From IMG/VR virus record IMGVR_UViG_3300033156_000587, positions 5,484-69,483 of that record: a stretch of DNA of 64,000 bases. One strand, 5' to 3'. Positions 20,525-30,528 of the stretch are shown one piece after another (within the stretch, counting starts at the first letter, position 1; every line of letters starts with the position of its first letter). The translations under genes were made by a program, and so were the position numbers. Origin of the DNA: a virus. A model generated the notes under the pieces. That model was not told the origin of the DNA. It saw nothing but the letters and a program-made list of their open reading frames with translations, and made no database searches.

Positions 20525-21520
20525 TTACTTAGCCCTGCGAGCACGTTCCTCAAGTAGCGCGGCCTGCTCCTCGGGTGGGAGCCGAAGCAGAGCGTCTGCG
20601 AAGTCGATGCCCTCCTCTCGGGCGATCTTCTCCGCCTTTTCCACGATGCTCAGTTCTCGTGGCGTCTCAGAGCTGCCGAACTCCTTAAAGAGGCCCGCGT
20701 CCAGGAGCTGGTGATCGATAGCCCGGAGCTGCTCTTCGAGCCACTGGGCCTTCTCGCGCCCCTCGTCGCCCTGTTTCTCCAGCCAGAATAGGAGATCTGC
20801 GACCTCCTCAGCCTTCGCCGGAACAGCGACGAGGGTTCGGGCCTTCTCGATCAGCTCCTGCTTGCGACGAGCGTCACGCTCAGCCTGGGCCTCCTGTTCA
20901 GCCTTTTCTAACCGCTGCAGGAGCTCTTGATTGGCCTTTTCCAACGTCTCCAGCTTCTCCGCGACTTCCTGAGGAACCTCGGCTGTCGGAGTGGCTAGCG
21001 TCGTCTGCGTTGCCTTATCCTCCATATTCACCTCCTGATCAGATTTCTCGATCTCGGCGTCCTCCTTCTTAGCGGGTGCCGGATAGCCATAGCCATAGCC
21101 GTAGCCGTAGGCCTTGCCTTGGGCGATGGCTTGAAGTGCAGCTTTGATCTTCTTGACACTTGCGTGATCCACACCCTTGAGAGCGTCTAATGCTTTCTGC
21201 GCAGCTTGCTGGACTTCCTTCGGGATCTCGGCCTTCTCGTCCTGTTTCAGGATTTGCGCGATAGCCTTCGCGAGCCTGTGAATTACGTTGTCTTCCGGCT
21301 GGTCCATGGGCTCGGTCTCCTCCTCAACGTCGGTGTCTTCGATGAGTTCCTCCAGTTCCTCCAGTTCATTCAGCAGTTCATCGGTCGGCATTTCTCCACC
21401 TCCATCTTTTGATTTCAGGAGAAAGAATTCCTCCTGGTTTGCGCCCCATGGGACGAGTCCCACGGTGAGCACGTCGATATCTTTGAGTTTGAAACGCTTC
21501 TTCTTGTCCTTCTTTGGCAA
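20525..21520 (-). CDS. Capsid scaffolding-like protein
   Basis: LKDIDVLTVGLVPWGAN..FFLLKS N-terminus, acidic coiled coil, GYGYGYGYP. Confidence 0.7.
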   Translation of the reverse strand: MPKKDKKKRFKLKDIDVLTVGLVPWGANQEEFFLLKSKDGGGEMPTDELLNELEELEELIEDTDVEEETEPMDQPEDNVIHRLAKAIAQILKQDEKAEIPKEVQQAAQKALDALKGVDHASVKKIKAALQAIAQGKAYGYGYGYGYPAPAKKEDAEIEKSDQEVNMEDKATQTTLATPTAEVPQEVAEKLETLEKANQELLQRLEKAEQEAQAERDARRKQELIEKARTLVAVPAKAEEVADLLFWLEKQGDEGREKAQWLEEQLRAIDHQLLDAGLFKEFGSSETPRELSIVEKAEKIAREEGIDFADALLRLPPEEQAALLEERARRAK

Positions 21521-21534
21521 CTAGCACCTCCTTT

Positions 21535-23151
21535 CTAATCTACCGGCACCCGGACGCCGAACCCCCTGATGGAGTAAGACCGGATCTCACCCTTCTTGAT
21601 CGCTTGCCAGAGATCCGGGTCTTTCACGTGAGTTACCAAGATCCAAGAGCCCTTCGGGACAACTCGGCCATTGATCCTCAGGTCCTGAGGGGCGATATAG
21701 GACTCAACAGGAACGGCTTTGTTGTGATCCAAAGTCTTGATGTGCTTCCAGTCTATGAGCCGAGATTTCTCCATGAACCTGTGTGCAGCTTTCTCGATTT
21801 CCTCTTCAGGCGCTAAGTCGCCCTGAGAATCGAACCGGTCTGGTCGCAAGACCACGCCATAGACGAGTTGCTTTTCCTGATCAGCTTTAATTAATTCGGC
21901 GATCCACTGTTTCCTGATATTCTTGGGAAGGGGGAAGTTCGTCACGATGAGCTCATAGCGTTTCTTCGGAGCAGTAGACTCATGTCCTCCAGAATCCATA
22001 GGGCTCCCAAGTCTCACCCGTCTCACTTGGAATTTCTGAACTAACTTGCGCACCCTAGGCTCGTCTTTCAAGGTAAGAATCCACTTCCCTTTTAGTGTCT
22101 GGATCTTCTCGATCATCTGCTCCAAGTCATCCCACGACCATCGAAGGTCAGGGCGAGCAGCGCCTCGATTGGTCCCTGGGTATGGTGGGTCAAGGAAAAA
22201 GAATGTTTCGCGGCTATCAAAGCGCTTTGCAACCGTCCACCAATCAGCACAATAGATTTTTACTCCCTGCAAACGCTCGCGAACTTTTCGGAAATTGGGC
22301 TTGGCTGAATAGAACTTAGGGCGAGCCTTGTCCGGTGTCTCGCTCAGGTTGCCATAGGAAAGCTTCCTGAGATAAAGCCACTTATAGAGACGATCCAGTT
22401 TGGAGTCAGCGCCCATTTTCCTGACTTGCTCGAACGCCTCAATGCTCCAATCTTTAGCCTCAAGTTCTTCGATCTCCTGATCGGTCAGGCATTGAACCTG
22501 TTTGTAGGCAAATGCAATGTCGGGATCTCTATCAGCTAAAACTTCAATAGCACTCGATTCCCGTGGCTTCGCGAAGAAAACAGCGGCTCCACCTGCAAAG
22601 GGTTCAACATAAACCTTGTGATCTGGGATTAACTTCGTGATTAAGTGAGCCAGGTCGCGCTTCCCTCCTGGTGATCCGAAAAGCTGGCGAACGCCTTTCT
22701 CTAGACTTGGCCCTTCGCTTGGGCTGACCTCCCAAAATGGCGAGTCGGGAGCCTCGCGACGCATGAAGAGGACGTACGTCCTCTGCTTGCCCTTCAGGGC
22801 TAGCTTTGCAATATCCTTTTGTCTCTCCAGCCATTCCGCGGTCCCGTAATCGATCGTCTCCAGGAACGCGGGCGTCTCCTTCGTAGGGTTTGCAGGAGTC
22901 CCTGGTTTTAGTCTAACACGACCGCGGAGCGACATAACGTCAACTTTCTTACCATCCGCGGTCGTAACGTAGCGGTTTCGCATCGGCTTTTCATAGCCCG
23001 CAACAACCCCTCGCCTAGGATCTCCGTTCATCACGAGGTGCCAGAACTTGTCCGGCTGCTCTTCGATCCGGAGATCCCAGTGTTGGGAACTGGGTCCAAA
23101 GCGGATCACGATTTGGCCGCGCCACCAATGCCGCTGCAAAACGAACTTCAT
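21535..23151 (-). CDS. Fusion: LigD-phosphoesterase-like + Dam-type adenine methylase + XkdF-like prohead protease
   Basis: FVLQRH...HWDLR; SPGGK, YVEPFAGGA, FFLDPPY; QLVYGVVLRPD..DSQGD...ESYIAP...GSW...GEIRSYSIRG. Confidence 0.75.
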   Translation of the reverse strand: MKFVLQRHWWRGQIVIRFGPSSQHWDLRIEEQPDKFWHLVMNGDPRRGVVAGYEKPMRNRYVTTADGKKVDVMSLRGRVRLKPGTPANPTKETPAFLETIDYGTAEWLERQKDIAKLALKGKQRTYVLFMRREAPDSPFWEVSPSEGPSLEKGVRQLFGSPGGKRDLAHLITKLIPDHKVYVEPFAGGAAVFFAKPRESSAIEVLADRDPDIAFAYKQVQCLTDQEIEELEAKDWSIEAFEQVRKMGADSKLDRLYKWLYLRKLSYGNLSETPDKARPKFYSAKPNFRKVRERLQGVKIYCADWWTVAKRFDSRETFFFLDPPYPGTNRGAARPDLRWSWDDLEQMIEKIQTLKGKWILTLKDEPRVRKLVQKFQVRRVRLGSPMDSGGHESTAPKKRYELIVTNFPLPKNIRKQWIAELIKADQEKQLVYGVVLRPDRFDSQGDLAPEEEIEKAAHRFMEKSRLIDWKHIKTLDHNKAVPVESYIAPQDLRINGRVVPKGSWILVTHVKDPDLWQAIKKGEIRSYSIRGFGVRVPVD

Positions 23152-26100
23152 GGTTTGAATCCACCCTCGCGTTTCGGGTCGTAATTCATGAACACGGACC
23201 AATATGCATACCGCGCCACATTCCTATCGATAGAGCTTAAGGGTTGAAAAACTCTAAGCCTGACTTCATGAAACCGGGCCTTTCTTAGTGGTGCGAGGTC
23301 TTTTTGGCTCCCTTGGATGATGAGCATAAACTTGCCTTTGATCTTAGTCAGCTTGTTGACTAAAGCAGGAATGTTTAGCTCATCTACCGGATAATATTTG
23401 TCTTCACGACCCGGCCAAGGTGGGTCGAGCACAAAGAATGTCCGCGGGCTGTCAAACTTTTCAATGGCTTCCAACGCGTCCATCTTCGTGATCTTTACAT
23501 TCCTTAGTCGTTCGCGAGCCCTCCAGAGTTTCTCGAAGGGATTCATCTCAACGCCTTCAAGCGTCGCTCGAAAGCTCAGGCCGGCTCGACCTTGCCTTGA
23601 CGCACGACGCAAATAGAGTTCCCGGTGCAGGAACTTGAGATCATCCGGCTCACTCTTATCAACCTCTCGTTTTAGCCGATCAAACGTAACTTTACTAAGG
23701 GTCCACTCAAACCGCTTCAGCTTGTCAATTTTCTCTTTTGTCAACCCCTTGATGATTCGGTAGAGCCGGACGATTACCGGGTCTTTGTCATTTAGGACCT
23801 CTACTCTCGCAGGGGGCAATGCCCAGATCAGGGCCCCCGGCCCGGCAAACGGCTCTACGTACACGTCCCAACCCGATTTCGGCAGGAGCGGAATCAGTCT
23901 ATCCCAGACCCGGTAGAGTTGCCCGAACGCAGTGAACGGAGGCCTGATCCTATTATCCTCTTTCGTAAGCTCCTCAAATCGCTCCGCAAGAGTCCGCCGC
24001 CTTTCAAGTGCCTCCTTCCCAGAGACTTCCCAATACCTTAGCTCCTTGGGGACTTTCTCCCGAATCTTCCTGGGTAACGCAGAGATGCCCTTTGGCGGAA
24101 GCCAATCTTTTTCCATCGCATCTTCGCTTAGCACATAAGGGGTCTGGTCCTCTGGTTTCATGAGGACCCAATAGAATGGAGCTCGGCCTCCCTCCTCTGG
24201 TTTCCCGGGAGGCAGGATGTCTTCCTGCTTCAGGACTGTTACGTCGCTCGAAATTCTGGCCTTGCTGGTCTTGCCCTTCCCCGATCGACCTACAGCGCGA
24301 AGAAGGTAGCGACCCCTAAGACGTTTCCCATGTAAGAAATATTCAAATACCCATGGCTTCCTGGCGCCGTACTCAACCTCGCCCTTGTCTACGATGAGAA
24401 ACACGCCCGGGAACCGCTTTGTTCCGCCAACCGGAGGACGCTCGCCAGGGTCGGGCCGTTCAGTCACACCCTCCTCTTCCAGCCAGTCCACGGCGATCTC
24501 GGCCTTCTTCGGCATGGCCCGAAGGTTGCCAGGTCGGATCACCTCTCGTTTCCTGCCTTGGATCGTCGTGATCACTTTTCGAGGCAGGATCTCACCGGTC
24601 CTCCAGTTGATCTTCCACGCCTCCGGTTTCTTAAACCAACGTCTCAAGTCTTCGAGATCCAGGATAGGCTCGTCTATCACGCCTGGCTGTTGAAGCGCGA
24701 TCGTCCAGCCTTCCAGGATGTCCGGCGTGATCTGGCACCGGAGATCCCCGTGTATGCTCCTGCCACGGGCATGAAGTTGAAGGACGAACTTCCAGTGCTT
24801 GTCCTCATCCGGGTAGAAATTCGGATTGTGTGCCTTGATCTCCGCCTTCACGAGCTTAGCCATGCGCAGGGCCCGCTTCAGATCCTCTCGCAAGCCCCTA
24901 TACAACTTTGACTTCGTCTGACCAGAGCGGAGGATCGCGGCAGGATGATAGGAGACGATAATCGGGATGCCCTTAGGAGTCTTAAACTCGCCCTTGTGTC
25001 GCCTGAACCACTTGATATCCTTGTCAAGCGCGGTTAGGGCTCTGGCGGCTAACTCTGAAAGCGCAAGCACAACCTTTACATTTGGGAGGCTATCGATCCA
25101 CTTTAGGACCTCGGCACCTCGTTCTTTGACATTTTCCTCCGTGAGCTTCGCGTCCCTAGTCTCAAAGACGTTCGCGAAGAGGATCTCGTGTGGGTCTCCT
25201 CCAAGCCGCTCGATCATCCTGCGGAGGAAAGACCCTGACGGTCCCGTGAAGGGAATCCCGGTAATCTCCTCTCTCTCGCCTGGGCCATCACCGATGATCA
25301 CGAGGGATGCATCCTCAGGACCCCGAGGTAGAACTCGCTTGTCAGCCTTTTCCTCGGGTTCTGGCATTCCGAACGCTCGGAGCACGTTCTTGAGCTGAGC
25401 AACCGGGGACCCTCTGGGCTTCATATTCTTCGCCCGAGGGAACATCCAGGCATAGCCGATGGTCCCGTCTTCCTTCTTAAACGGCCTGAACTTGACCGGG
25501 GCGACCGTGACGATCGCGCCACACTTCAGGTCCTTTGGCTCAACCTCGATGGCGTAGGTATTAGCGTACTTGTACTCGCCCTCCTTTCGATGAGGCCATC
25601 CAGGGCACATATGCCAGAGTTCGGGATCATCCGTCCCTGTCCAAGTCTGCCGCTTTTCGTCCCAGTCCAGTTTGAGATCCTTAGCCGTGAGCTTGCCGTC
25701 GGACTCAAGCGGGATGAGCTTATTTCCATCCTTAATCGCGACACGGAAGATGTACGTATTTGATTCGGCGAGCTGTTTCCTTAGGTTCCGAAATGCCTCT
25801 TCCCTGGTCCAGTGCTCACCGGCGGGTTTACCCTTGGGGACCTTCCGCCAGCCAATGACCATCGCGTCGATCTCGACGGCTTTCTTATATTTCGCCACCT
25901 CAGCGATGGTCTTAGGGTCGTAGCGGAAATCCGCGTATTTTAGCATCGCGCCTTCTGATCCGGGCTGGGAGGAAGCCCACTTTAGAGCCTGGTCCAGGGA
26001 TTCCCGGCTGTTGACCTTCTTCGTCTCTGCGACAATGATCTCGTAGTTGCCCTTCTTGATCGGCTTCGGAATTAACTCCCTGAGGGCCTTGAGTCGCTCG

Positions 26101-27356
26101 GAGTAAGGCTCAAGCGCCAGGTTCTTCCCGTTAAGCCAAGGGAGATCATGGACCGCGATCCTGACGGGCGGAAATGGCTTGGGAGGCTCGTTTGCGCTTC
26201 CCATCCAAGCCATCTCCCACCGTTCCTTCGGTTTTCCGCCTGGCTCCTGGAGCTCCATGAACTCAGTATCCAGGATATACTCGCCAGCCGGAAGCGCATC
26301 GGCTAGACCTGGGAAGACCTTCGTGCGATCGAATCCCTTGTCGGAGAATACTGCCAACCGATCGTCCCACCGATGGATATGTAGGCGGAATCCATCGAAC
26401 TTCTCCTGAACCAGAACAGGCGTGCCCCGTTCAACAGCCCTGGAGACCCACTTGTCCCAGAGGGTATCCTCGTCACCCGTGTAAAACTCACCGCCGGTGT
26501 GGTAGTGAGCGATCGGCTTCCCTGGCCGAATCTTGCGTGGGTCACGGACTAGCTCGGCTTTGTACATGAGCGCGGCGAATTCAGGCTCGTCCATATCTCG
26601 GATGCCTGAGTCCCTCCGCTTCCGAGCCACGAGGTCATACATCGGGGCATAAGCCCACGTCGGACCCTCAGACTCCGGGACCCAGTGGATGGGAAGATCT
26701 GTGAGCTCTGAGAACAAGCGTTCCAGCTTCAGCCTGGAACCCTCGGGCATGGATTCGATGCTGCCACGGATCACGAGATCCAGGTCATGAGGTTCTCGGT
26801 CCTTCGCGTAAACAAATCCACCGGTTACGGAGAGCCACTCGGGGACAATGACGATCTCATCAGGCAGCTTGTCGTGGAGCTCATTGACGCTGTCCTCATG
26901 AAACTCGGGGCTCTTCTTGAGTTCCAAGGCCTGCCGAATCACATCGGCGGGAGGAGAGACATTGAGGGAGTCCAGGTCATCCAGTGAGACCCACTTGGTC
27001 CTGAACGCCTCGAAACCGGCATGAGGCTCGCCTTCGCCAGCTTGGAAGACGAGCTGACGCATTCCCTTGTACTCGGGGAGCTCGCCGATTAATTCCCCGA
27101 GCTTGATGCCTGCCTCCTCTTCAGCTTCGCGCCGGGCTGCGTCCTCGGCCTCTTCGCCGTCTTCGATGTAACCGCCCGGAGGCGACCAGACCATAGGCTC
27201 GAAGCGGCGCTGGATAAGGAGGACTTTCCCATTCCTCACGGGATAGGCGAGGACGACCGGCCTACTAGGGCCAGCCGCCTGCTTTGCGGTGAGGACCAAT
27301 CCTGCGAAGACCGGGTGTCGGACCAGTTTTTCTAGGCTTTCCCACGCTACGGCCAT
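23148..27356 (-). CDS. 1402-aa multi-enzyme protein: NUDIX + NTase-like + ATP-dependent DNA ligase + family-4 UDG + phosphoesterase-like + adenine methylase
   Basis: GGYIEDGEEAEDAARREAEEEAG; HDLDLV; QEKFDGFR/EGAMLK; IGDGPG..E...PFTGPSG/YHPAAILR; FVLQLH..HGDLR; YVEPFAGPGA/LDPPW. Confidence 0.8.
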   Translation of the reverse strand: MAVAWESLEKLVRHPVFAGLVLTAKQAAGPSRPVVLAYPVRNGKVLLIQRRFEPMVWSPPGGYIEDGEEAEDAARREAEEEAGIKLGELIGELPEYKGMRQLVFQAGEGEPHAGFEAFRTKWVSLDDLDSLNVSPPADVIRQALELKKSPEFHEDSVNELHDKLPDEIVIVPEWLSVTGGFVYAKDREPHDLDLVIRGSIESMPEGSRLKLERLFSELTDLPIHWVPESEGPTWAYAPMYDLVARKRRDSGIRDMDEPEFAALMYKAELVRDPRKIRPGKPIAHYHTGGEFYTGDEDTLWDKWVSRAVERGTPVLVQEKFDGFRLHIHRWDDRLAVFSDKGFDRTKVFPGLADALPAGEYILDTEFMELQEPGGKPKERWEMAWMGSANEPPKPFPPVRIAVHDLPWLNGKNLALEPYSERLKALRELIPKPIKKGNYEIIVAETKKVNSRESLDQALKWASSQPGSEGAMLKYADFRYDPKTIAEVAKYKKAVEIDAMVIGWRKVPKGKPAGEHWTREEAFRNLRKQLAESNTYIFRVAIKDGNKLIPLESDGKLTAKDLKLDWDEKRQTWTGTDDPELWHMCPGWPHRKEGEYKYANTYAIEVEPKDLKCGAIVTVAPVKFRPFKKEDGTIGYAWMFPRAKNMKPRGSPVAQLKNVLRAFGMPEPEEKADKRVLPRGPEDASLVIIGDGPGEREEITGIPFTGPSGSFLRRMIERLGGDPHEILFANVFETRDAKLTEENVKERGAEVLKWIDSLPNVKVVLALSELAARALTALDKDIKWFRRHKGEFKTPKGIPIIVSYHPAAILRSGQTKSKLYRGLREDLKRALRMAKLVKAEIKAHNPNFYPDEDKHWKFVLQLHARGRSIHGDLRCQITPDILEGWTIALQQPGVIDEPILDLEDLRRWFKKPEAWKINWRTGEILPRKVITTIQGRKREVIRPGNLRAMPKKAEIAVDWLEEEGVTERPDPGERPPVGGTKRFPGVFLIVDKGEVEYGARKPWVFEYFLHGKRLRGRYLLRAVGRSGKGKTSKARISSDVTVLKQEDILPPGKPEEGGRAPFYWVLMKPEDQTPYVLSEDAMEKDWLPPKGISALPRKIREKVPKELRYWEVSGKEALERRRTLAERFEELTKEDNRIRPPFTAFGQLYRVWDRLIPLLPKSGWDVYVEPFAGPGALIWALPPARVEVLNDKDPVIVRLYRIIKGLTKEKIDKLKRFEWTLSKVTFDRLKREVDKSEPDDLKFLHRELYLRRASRQGRAGLSFRATLEGVEMNPFEKLWRARERLRNVKITKMDALEAIEKFDSPRTFFVLDPPWPGREDKYYPVDELNIPALVNKLTKIKGKFMLIIQGSQKDLAPLRKARFHEVRLRVFQPLSSIDRNVARYAYWSVFMNYDPKREGGFKP

Positions 27357-27406
27357 AGCGACTCCTCGTGATTCGCCTTGGCCGCGCGCAAGGTCTGCTC
27401 ACGATA

Positions 27407-27436
27407 ATCTTAACCCAATGCAACCATGATTGTCAA
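27407..27436 (-). promoter_or_regulatory. Sigma70-type promoter for the virion operon
   Basis: Minus strand TTGACA-18 bp-TAAGAT. Confidence 0.6.
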
Positions 27437-27445
27437 GACCTTCAT

Positions 27446-27474
27446 TTCGAATTCCTGGGAAATTGTGTTAAACT
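27446..27474 (+). promoter_or_regulatory. Extended -10 promoter for the sugar operon
   Basis: TTCGAA-17 bp-TAAACT with TG at the extended position. Confidence 0.55.
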
Positions 27475-27504
27475 TAAGATAGAATTCTACTCAGGGAGGA
27501 AGCC

Positions 27505-28422
27505 GTGCGGCGCTTTCTCATCACGGGTGGCGCTGGATCATTCGGTACCGCGTTTGCGAAGAGATTCGGTGACGACTACGACCTCTGTTGCTACTCCCGA
27601 GATCCCCTAAAGCACGACGCTCTGAAGCGGATCGTCCCCTCTGTAGACACCTTCGTTGGCTCCGTGACGAACAGGCGGAGGTTCGCGGAGATCCTGGGCT
27701 ACTGGCGGCCAGATGCCGTGATCCATGCCGCAGCTTTGAAGCACGTGATCGCAGGCGAAGATAATCCCCTTGAGTACCTGATGATCAATACGATTGGCTC
27801 CAGGGTTGTCGCCCATTGCTGTGGCATGGCTGGAGTGGAGCGTGTGCTCCTGATTTCCACGGATAAGGCCGTTGAGCCAGTTAATGTCTATGGCCTGACC
27901 AAAGCCCTCGCCGAAGCGATCTGGAAGGAGATGGCACGGCGGTACCCGCATACGAAGTTCATCATCATCCGCTTGGGCAATGTCCTGGACGCGCGGGGGT
28001 CCGTGCTCCGGCGGTGGATCGCGGCGAAGAAGGCGAATAAGCCTCTCGTAGCCAGGGTCCCGGCCCCTACCAGGTTTGTCCTCTCGCTTGACATGGCCGT
28101 GAATTTCGCCATGGAGGCACTGAAAATAGGAAGATCTGGGGACGTCCTCGTTCCCGCAGACCTGAAGGCCGTGGACATCCTTGACATGGCCTACGCGATC
28201 TCCAGTCACGTCATAACCATGCCTCTCTATCCCGCGGAAAAGCAGCACGAGGTCCTGGCTTCCTGGCGTGAGGGGAGAGAACGCGTTGGCCCATTCTATC
28301 GCGTGTTCCCCGATCCTGAGTCGAAGAATGAGACGCCGTACTCGTCGCGATACGCTCCCCTTATGGACCCTCGGTCAGTTGCCTTCGAGATGTTCAGACA
28401 TCTCTGGGAGGATGAGAAATGA
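27505..28422 (+). CDS. UDP-GlcNAc 4,6-dehydratase (PseB/FlaA1/CapD-like)
   Basis: ITGGAGSFG, HAAALKHV, ISTDKAV.P.N.YG.TK, RLGNV..ARGSV. Confidence 0.9.
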   Translation: MRRFLITGGAGSFGTAFAKRFGDDYDLCCYSRDPLKHDALKRIVPSVDTFVGSVTNRRRFAEILGYWRPDAVIHAAALKHVIAGEDNPLEYLMINTIGSRVVAHCCGMAGVERVLLISTDKAVEPVNVYGLTKALAEAIWKEMARRYPHTKFIIIRLGNVLDARGSVLRRWIAAKKANKPLVARVPAPTRFVLSLDMAVNFAMEALKIGRSGDVLVPADLKAVDILDMAYAISSHVITMPLYPAEKQHEVLASWREGRERVGPFYRVFPDPESKNETPYSSRYAPLMDPRSVAFEMFRHLWEDEK

Positions 28423-29240
28423 GACTGATAGCCGAGATCGGAACGAACTTTGACCCAGACGATCCCCTGGAAGCCCTGAAAACAGCTCAGGAGAATGGCG
28501 CGGATATCGTAAAGATTCAGCTCTTCCGGGCGAAAACTCTCTATGCCGTCCCAGAACTTCAGGAACGCGTCAGGCTGTTCGAGTTCAAACCGGAGTGGCT
28601 CAAGGACTGGGACGGCTGTCCCGTGTGGGCGACTGTGTTCGACATCGAGTTAGCCGAGCAAGCGCTACCTTATGTGAAGGGACTCAAGATCGCTTCCGGG
28701 GACCTTGTGTACCAGAAGATCGTGGAAAGCACGGCGAGGCTAGCGTCGGAGACAAACATCCCTCTAGCCTTGTCCACAGGAGCAGCGACGGAGGCCGAGA
28801 TCAAGCAAGCTCTAGACTGGGTCCAGCCATTTCCCGTAAAGGAACTGATCTTGTTTCAGTGCGTCTCAGTCTATCCCGCGGAACCGAAGGATTATAACCT
28901 GAGGGCGATCCTGCCTTTCCGAAAATACGTGGACACGATCGGGTTATCTGACCATACGACATCCTACATCACAGCTATGCTGGCGAGGGCCCTGGGATAC
29001 GAGGTCTTCGAGCGGCATTTTAAGTTCCAGGAAACCTGGCAAAAGCCGGTCACGCCGCCAGACTGGGGAGCTTGGGCATTCACGCCCAGCGCCTTTTGGG
29101 AGTATCGCTTCATGATCGAGTGGACCGACGAGATCCTGGGAACCGGGATGAAACGCGTTATGGAAGACGAGTCCGACGAGCGGGTCTGGGCTCGCAGAGG
29201 AAGTGATGGGAGGAGGCCTATCGATGTCGCAAGAGACTGA
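28419..29240 (+). CDS. NeuB/PseI-family nonulosonic acid synthase
   Basis: IAEIGTN, GADIVKIQ, KIASGD, LSTG, CVSVYP, GLSDHT, ERHF. Confidence 0.9.
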   Translation: MRLIAEIGTNFDPDDPLEALKTAQENGADIVKIQLFRAKTLYAVPELQERVRLFEFKPEWLKDWDGCPVWATVFDIELAEQALPYVKGLKIASGDLVYQKIVESTARLASETNIPLALSTGAATEAEIKQALDWVQPFPVKELILFQCVSVYPAEPKDYNLRAILPFRKYVDTIGLSDHTTSYITAMLARALGYEVFERHFKFQETWQKPVTPPDWGAWAFTPSAFWEYRFMIEWTDEILGTGMKRVMEDESDERVWARRGSDGRRPIDVARD

Positions 29241-30516
29241 TGTGAGAGGGAACCTGACTTGGGAGACCTTTCATTCCGTATTGCCCGCAGCGGGCACGTT
29301 CAGCAAGGACCCGCGAGCGTGGGGCATCCGGGACGATGAATCCATCGGCATGATCCGGCATGGGTACGGACCAATCGTGATGGACATCAGCGGGAAGTCC
29401 TATATCGACTGGGTTTCGGGCCTGGGAGCGAACTTGTTTGGACACAATCACCGGAACTGGATGAGCCGGTGGATGTATTACCTTCACGCCACGGGCCTGA
29501 TGACGTGCGCGTCCTTGCCGCACATGTACGAGTACACGCTCGCCATCCGGATCGCCGACTATGCTTGGCCCCACATCAAGGGAGCTGAGAAATGGGAAGA
29601 CGTCCAAGTCCGGTTCGGCAAGACGGGGTCGGATGTCCTGGACATGGCCGTGAGACTAGCGCGAGCGGCGAAGTCCAAGGATGTTGTACTCTTCACCGGC
29701 TATCACGGGTGGCACGATTGGACGATCTCAGCGACGCCGCCTGCTTGGGGCATCCCGCGCGGGTCGGGTCCTTTTGCCCAAAAGGTCAGCTTGAATGACC
29801 TGTCCCGTTGGCCGGAGGGAGGCCCGGCTGCGGTGGTCGTTGAGATCCCATTATCTTTTGATCCCAAGAAGTTCGATGAGATCCGCCAGTATTGCAACGC
29901 AACAGGAGCCCTCTTAATCTTGGACGAAGTGGTTACCGGGTTCAGGTACGGAGTCCCAGGCTACGTCGAGAGACTCCCCGTGAAGCCGGACATCATCTGC
30001 TTCGGGAAAGCCCTTGGGAACGGGCTTCCCATCTCTGCAATCGTAGGTCCCAAGGATTTGATGTCCTGGTTCGCCAGGACCGACCCCGTGTTTTGCTCTT
30101 CAACCGCGTTCGGCGACGTCGTCTCCCTGTCCGGTGGCCTAGCGACGCTAGACCTCGTCGCTGCGAGCGCCGATGGCATCCTAGGGCATATTCGGGACGT
30201 GGGAGCAGCCCTGATCCGGTCCCTCTCGGAAGTGTCGGAGCCTTACGACTTCTTCAGGATTGAGGGCGATCCAGAACGATCCCTCTGCGTCTTCGAGCGG
30301 GACGAGCAGAGAGCTCTGTTTATCCGCTGGATGATGGAAGCAGGGATCATGATGAATAGGCCGAATTTCCCAACGGTATCGCATACGAAGGCCGACGTGG
30401 AGATCACAGCAAGGGCTGCGGCTCATGTCTTGGAGCGAATCTCCAAGTTGGGCGAGTCTGAGCTTAAGGAACTTGGGAGCCGATACCATGCTCGCGTGCT
30501 CTTCCGAGACCGCTGA
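29224..30516 (+). CDS. Class III PLP aminotransferase (GSA-aminomutase-like)
   Basis: YIDW..GLG, FGKTGSD, GYHGWHDW, LILDEVVTGFR, FGKALGNG.P. Confidence 0.9.
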   Translation: MSQETDVRGNLTWETFHSVLPAAGTFSKDPRAWGIRDDESIGMIRHGYGPIVMDISGKSYIDWVSGLGANLFGHNHRNWMSRWMYYLHATGLMTCASLPHMYEYTLAIRIADYAWPHIKGAEKWEDVQVRFGKTGSDVLDMAVRLARAAKSKDVVLFTGYHGWHDWTISATPPAWGIPRGSGPFAQKVSLNDLSRWPEGGPAAVVVEIPLSFDPKKFDEIRQYCNATGALLILDEVVTGFRYGVPGYVERLPVKPDIICFGKALGNGLPISAIVGPKDLMSWFARTDPVFCSSTAFGDVVSLSGGLATLDLVAASADGILGHIRDVGAALIRSLSEVSEPYDFFRIEGDPERSLCVFERDEQRALFIRWMMEAGIMMNRPNFPTVSHTKADVEITARAAAHVLERISKLGESELKELGSRYHARVLFRDR

Positions 30517-30528
30517 GGAGGTTGAGGT

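Noticed and set aside
21081-21112. TAGCC(A/G) hexamer repeat as a contingency locus
   Set aside because: It is an in-frame Gly-Tyr coding repeat in the scaffold protein, so length change would not shift the frame
572-26987. Many plus-strand ORFs over the virion operon (e.g. 11717-12961, 24967-25398)
   Set aside because: Antisense shadows of real minus-strand genes in GC-rich DNA; no recognisable motifs
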